Part shown: positions 16,341-17,436 of the stretch, in pieces
Layout: the number at the start of each line of letters is the position of its first letter
Position numbering within the stretch: the first letter of the stretch is position 1
Assembly (NCBI GenBank): GCA_040756235.1
Contig: JBFLZG010000140.1
Span: 1 to 17,436, forward strand
DNA length: 17,436 bases
DNA from: a bacterium
GTDB taxonomy: Bacteria; Desulfobacterota; DSWW01
Reading direction: 5' to 3'
The notes under the pieces: model-generated
The model's database searches: none
Told to the model about the DNA's origin: nothing
Seen by the model: the letters and a program-made list of their open reading frames with translations, nothing else
Position numbers and translations under genes: made by a program

Positions 16341-16404
16341 TAAAGAGGTATTCTTTCGACGCCCGAAGAAGGGGAACCACGCTCCGGTAGAGGAGAGAGC
16401 GCAA

Positions 16405-17163
16405 TTGAATCTGACGAGGGCTGTTTTTCTGGATGTGGGCTGGACCATGACCTTTCCTCACGAGTCGATGTGGGAGGTCTTCGCCGCCGTCTGCCGTGAG
16501 GCCGGTTCCCCTCTGGCTGCAGAGACCGTGGAGCAGCACGTGCACGATTTCCTGATCGACCACCGCGGCCGGGCGGTCGAGGAGCTGGAGTCGGGCGCCG
16601 AGTACCCGGATTCGGACGAGGCGTTCTTCTCGATGTTCCTCATGATGGGCCGCCTCGTCTTCGAGCTCGCCGGCCTCGAGAGCGAGCTCCACGAGGAGCT
16701 GGCCGGCCGCTTCCTGGAGCGGTTCTGGGACCGCACGAACTGGGGGGTCTTTCCCGACGTCGTGCCCGCGCTCGAGCGGCTCCGGAGCCGGGGGATCCGC
16801 GTGGGTGTCATCTCCAACGCCAGCTCGGAGCTCGGCGATTTCCTCAAAAAGATCGGTTTGCACCCGCTCTTCGATTTCGTCTGCATCTCCGCGGTCGTGG
16901 GGGCGCGGAAACCGGGCCCGAGGATCTACGAGAGGGCCCTGGAGCTGGCTGGCGTGGTCCCGTCGGAAGCGGTTCACGTGGGCGACATGCTCCTGGAGGA
17001 CGTCATCGGTGCAGGCAAGATCGGGATCCGCCCGCTCCTCATCGACCGGGGCCCTCGCAGCATGTTTCCCCATCACCCGGAAAAGGCGGAGTCCTGCAAC
17101 GGCCGCAAGGTCGAGGTCGTCCGCGACCTGGACGAGGTGTCCGCCGCCGTCGGGATCGTGTGA
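16405..17163 (+). CDS. HAD-IA family hydrolase (REG-2/HDHD3-like)
   Basis: AVFLDVGWT motif I, GVISNA motif II, RKP motif III and HVGD..EDV.GA...G motif IV. TTG 16405 follows AGAGGAG. Confidence 0.9.
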   Translation: MNLTRAVFLDVGWTMTFPHESMWEVFAAVCREAGSPLAAETVEQHVHDFLIDHRGRAVEELESGAEYPDSDEAFFSMFLMMGRLVFELAGLESELHEELAGRFLERFWDRTNWGVFPDVVPALERLRSRGIRVGVISNASSELGDFLKKIGLHPLFDFVCISAVVGARKPGPRIYERALELAGVVPSEAVHVGDMLLEDVIGAGKIGIRPLLIDRGPRSMFPHHPEKAESCNGRKVEVVRDLDEVSAAVGIV

Positions 17164-17188
17164 GGCAGCCTCGGCGCCTACCTCTTAG

Positions 17189-17329
17189 GTCATCCCGGCC
17201 CATGTGCGTGGCGCGTGCAAGCCGGGATCCTGTAGGGGCGACCGGCGGGTCGCCCTTTCAAAATGCGAGGAGCAGGAACTGGACTCCGGCCTTTGCCGGG
17301 GTAAGGGGCGAACGATCTTTCGCCCCTAC
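17189..17329. repeat. Interleaved CGTC-type doublet (inverted orientation) and GTAG-type doublet
   Basis: GTCA arm 17189-17230, GTAG arm 17232-17256, partner of the GTCA arm 17279-17303, partner of the GTAG arm 17304-17329. Confidence 0.82.
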
Positions 17330-17350
17330 GGATCTCGCATGCGCTGACGT

Positions 17351-17436
17351 CCCTTCTCCCCTCGTCGAGGGGAGAAGGTCAGGATGAGGGGTGCATTTGC
17401 TTCTGTTTCCCCCTCACCTTGTGCCCTCTCCCCCGT
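17351..17436. repeat. CCCTCTCCC/GGGAGAGG-type palindromic repeat doublet (cut by window end)
   Basis: ccttctcccctcgtcgaggggagaagg hairpin followed by ggatgagggg, then the inverted partner cccctcacc..gccctctcccc from 17409. Confidence 0.75.

Overview
GC-rich bacterial window. The gene content (DUF1329, DUF1847, an FrhB-like protein, amidohydrolases) suggests an anaerobic deltaproteobacterium-like organism; this is an inference. The left part, all on the minus strand, has a small stand-alone GIY-YIG nuclease embedded in an array of REP-like inverted repeats, a solitary FrhB-family Fe-S flavoprotein, and an eroded operon: DUF1329, amidohydrolase_2, a 53-aa acyl-CoA ligase relic, a CoA-transferase alpha/beta deletion fusion, TetR, an MBL hydrolase and DUF1847. 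That operon has a clear sigma70 promoter and operator palindrome. The middle has a REC-only response regulator and a frameshifted transketolase fragment. These are followed by a plus-strand kaiA-less clock-like module (sensor-less HisKA_3 kinase, kaiC of the KaiC2 type, kaiB, kaiB, PAS/HisKA_3 kinase) bracketed by two same-orientation REP doublets. The right part has an amidohydrolase_3, a 125-bp MITE, a HAD hydrolase and a cluster of three palindromic repeat families. At least five families of small intergenic repeats occur in the window.
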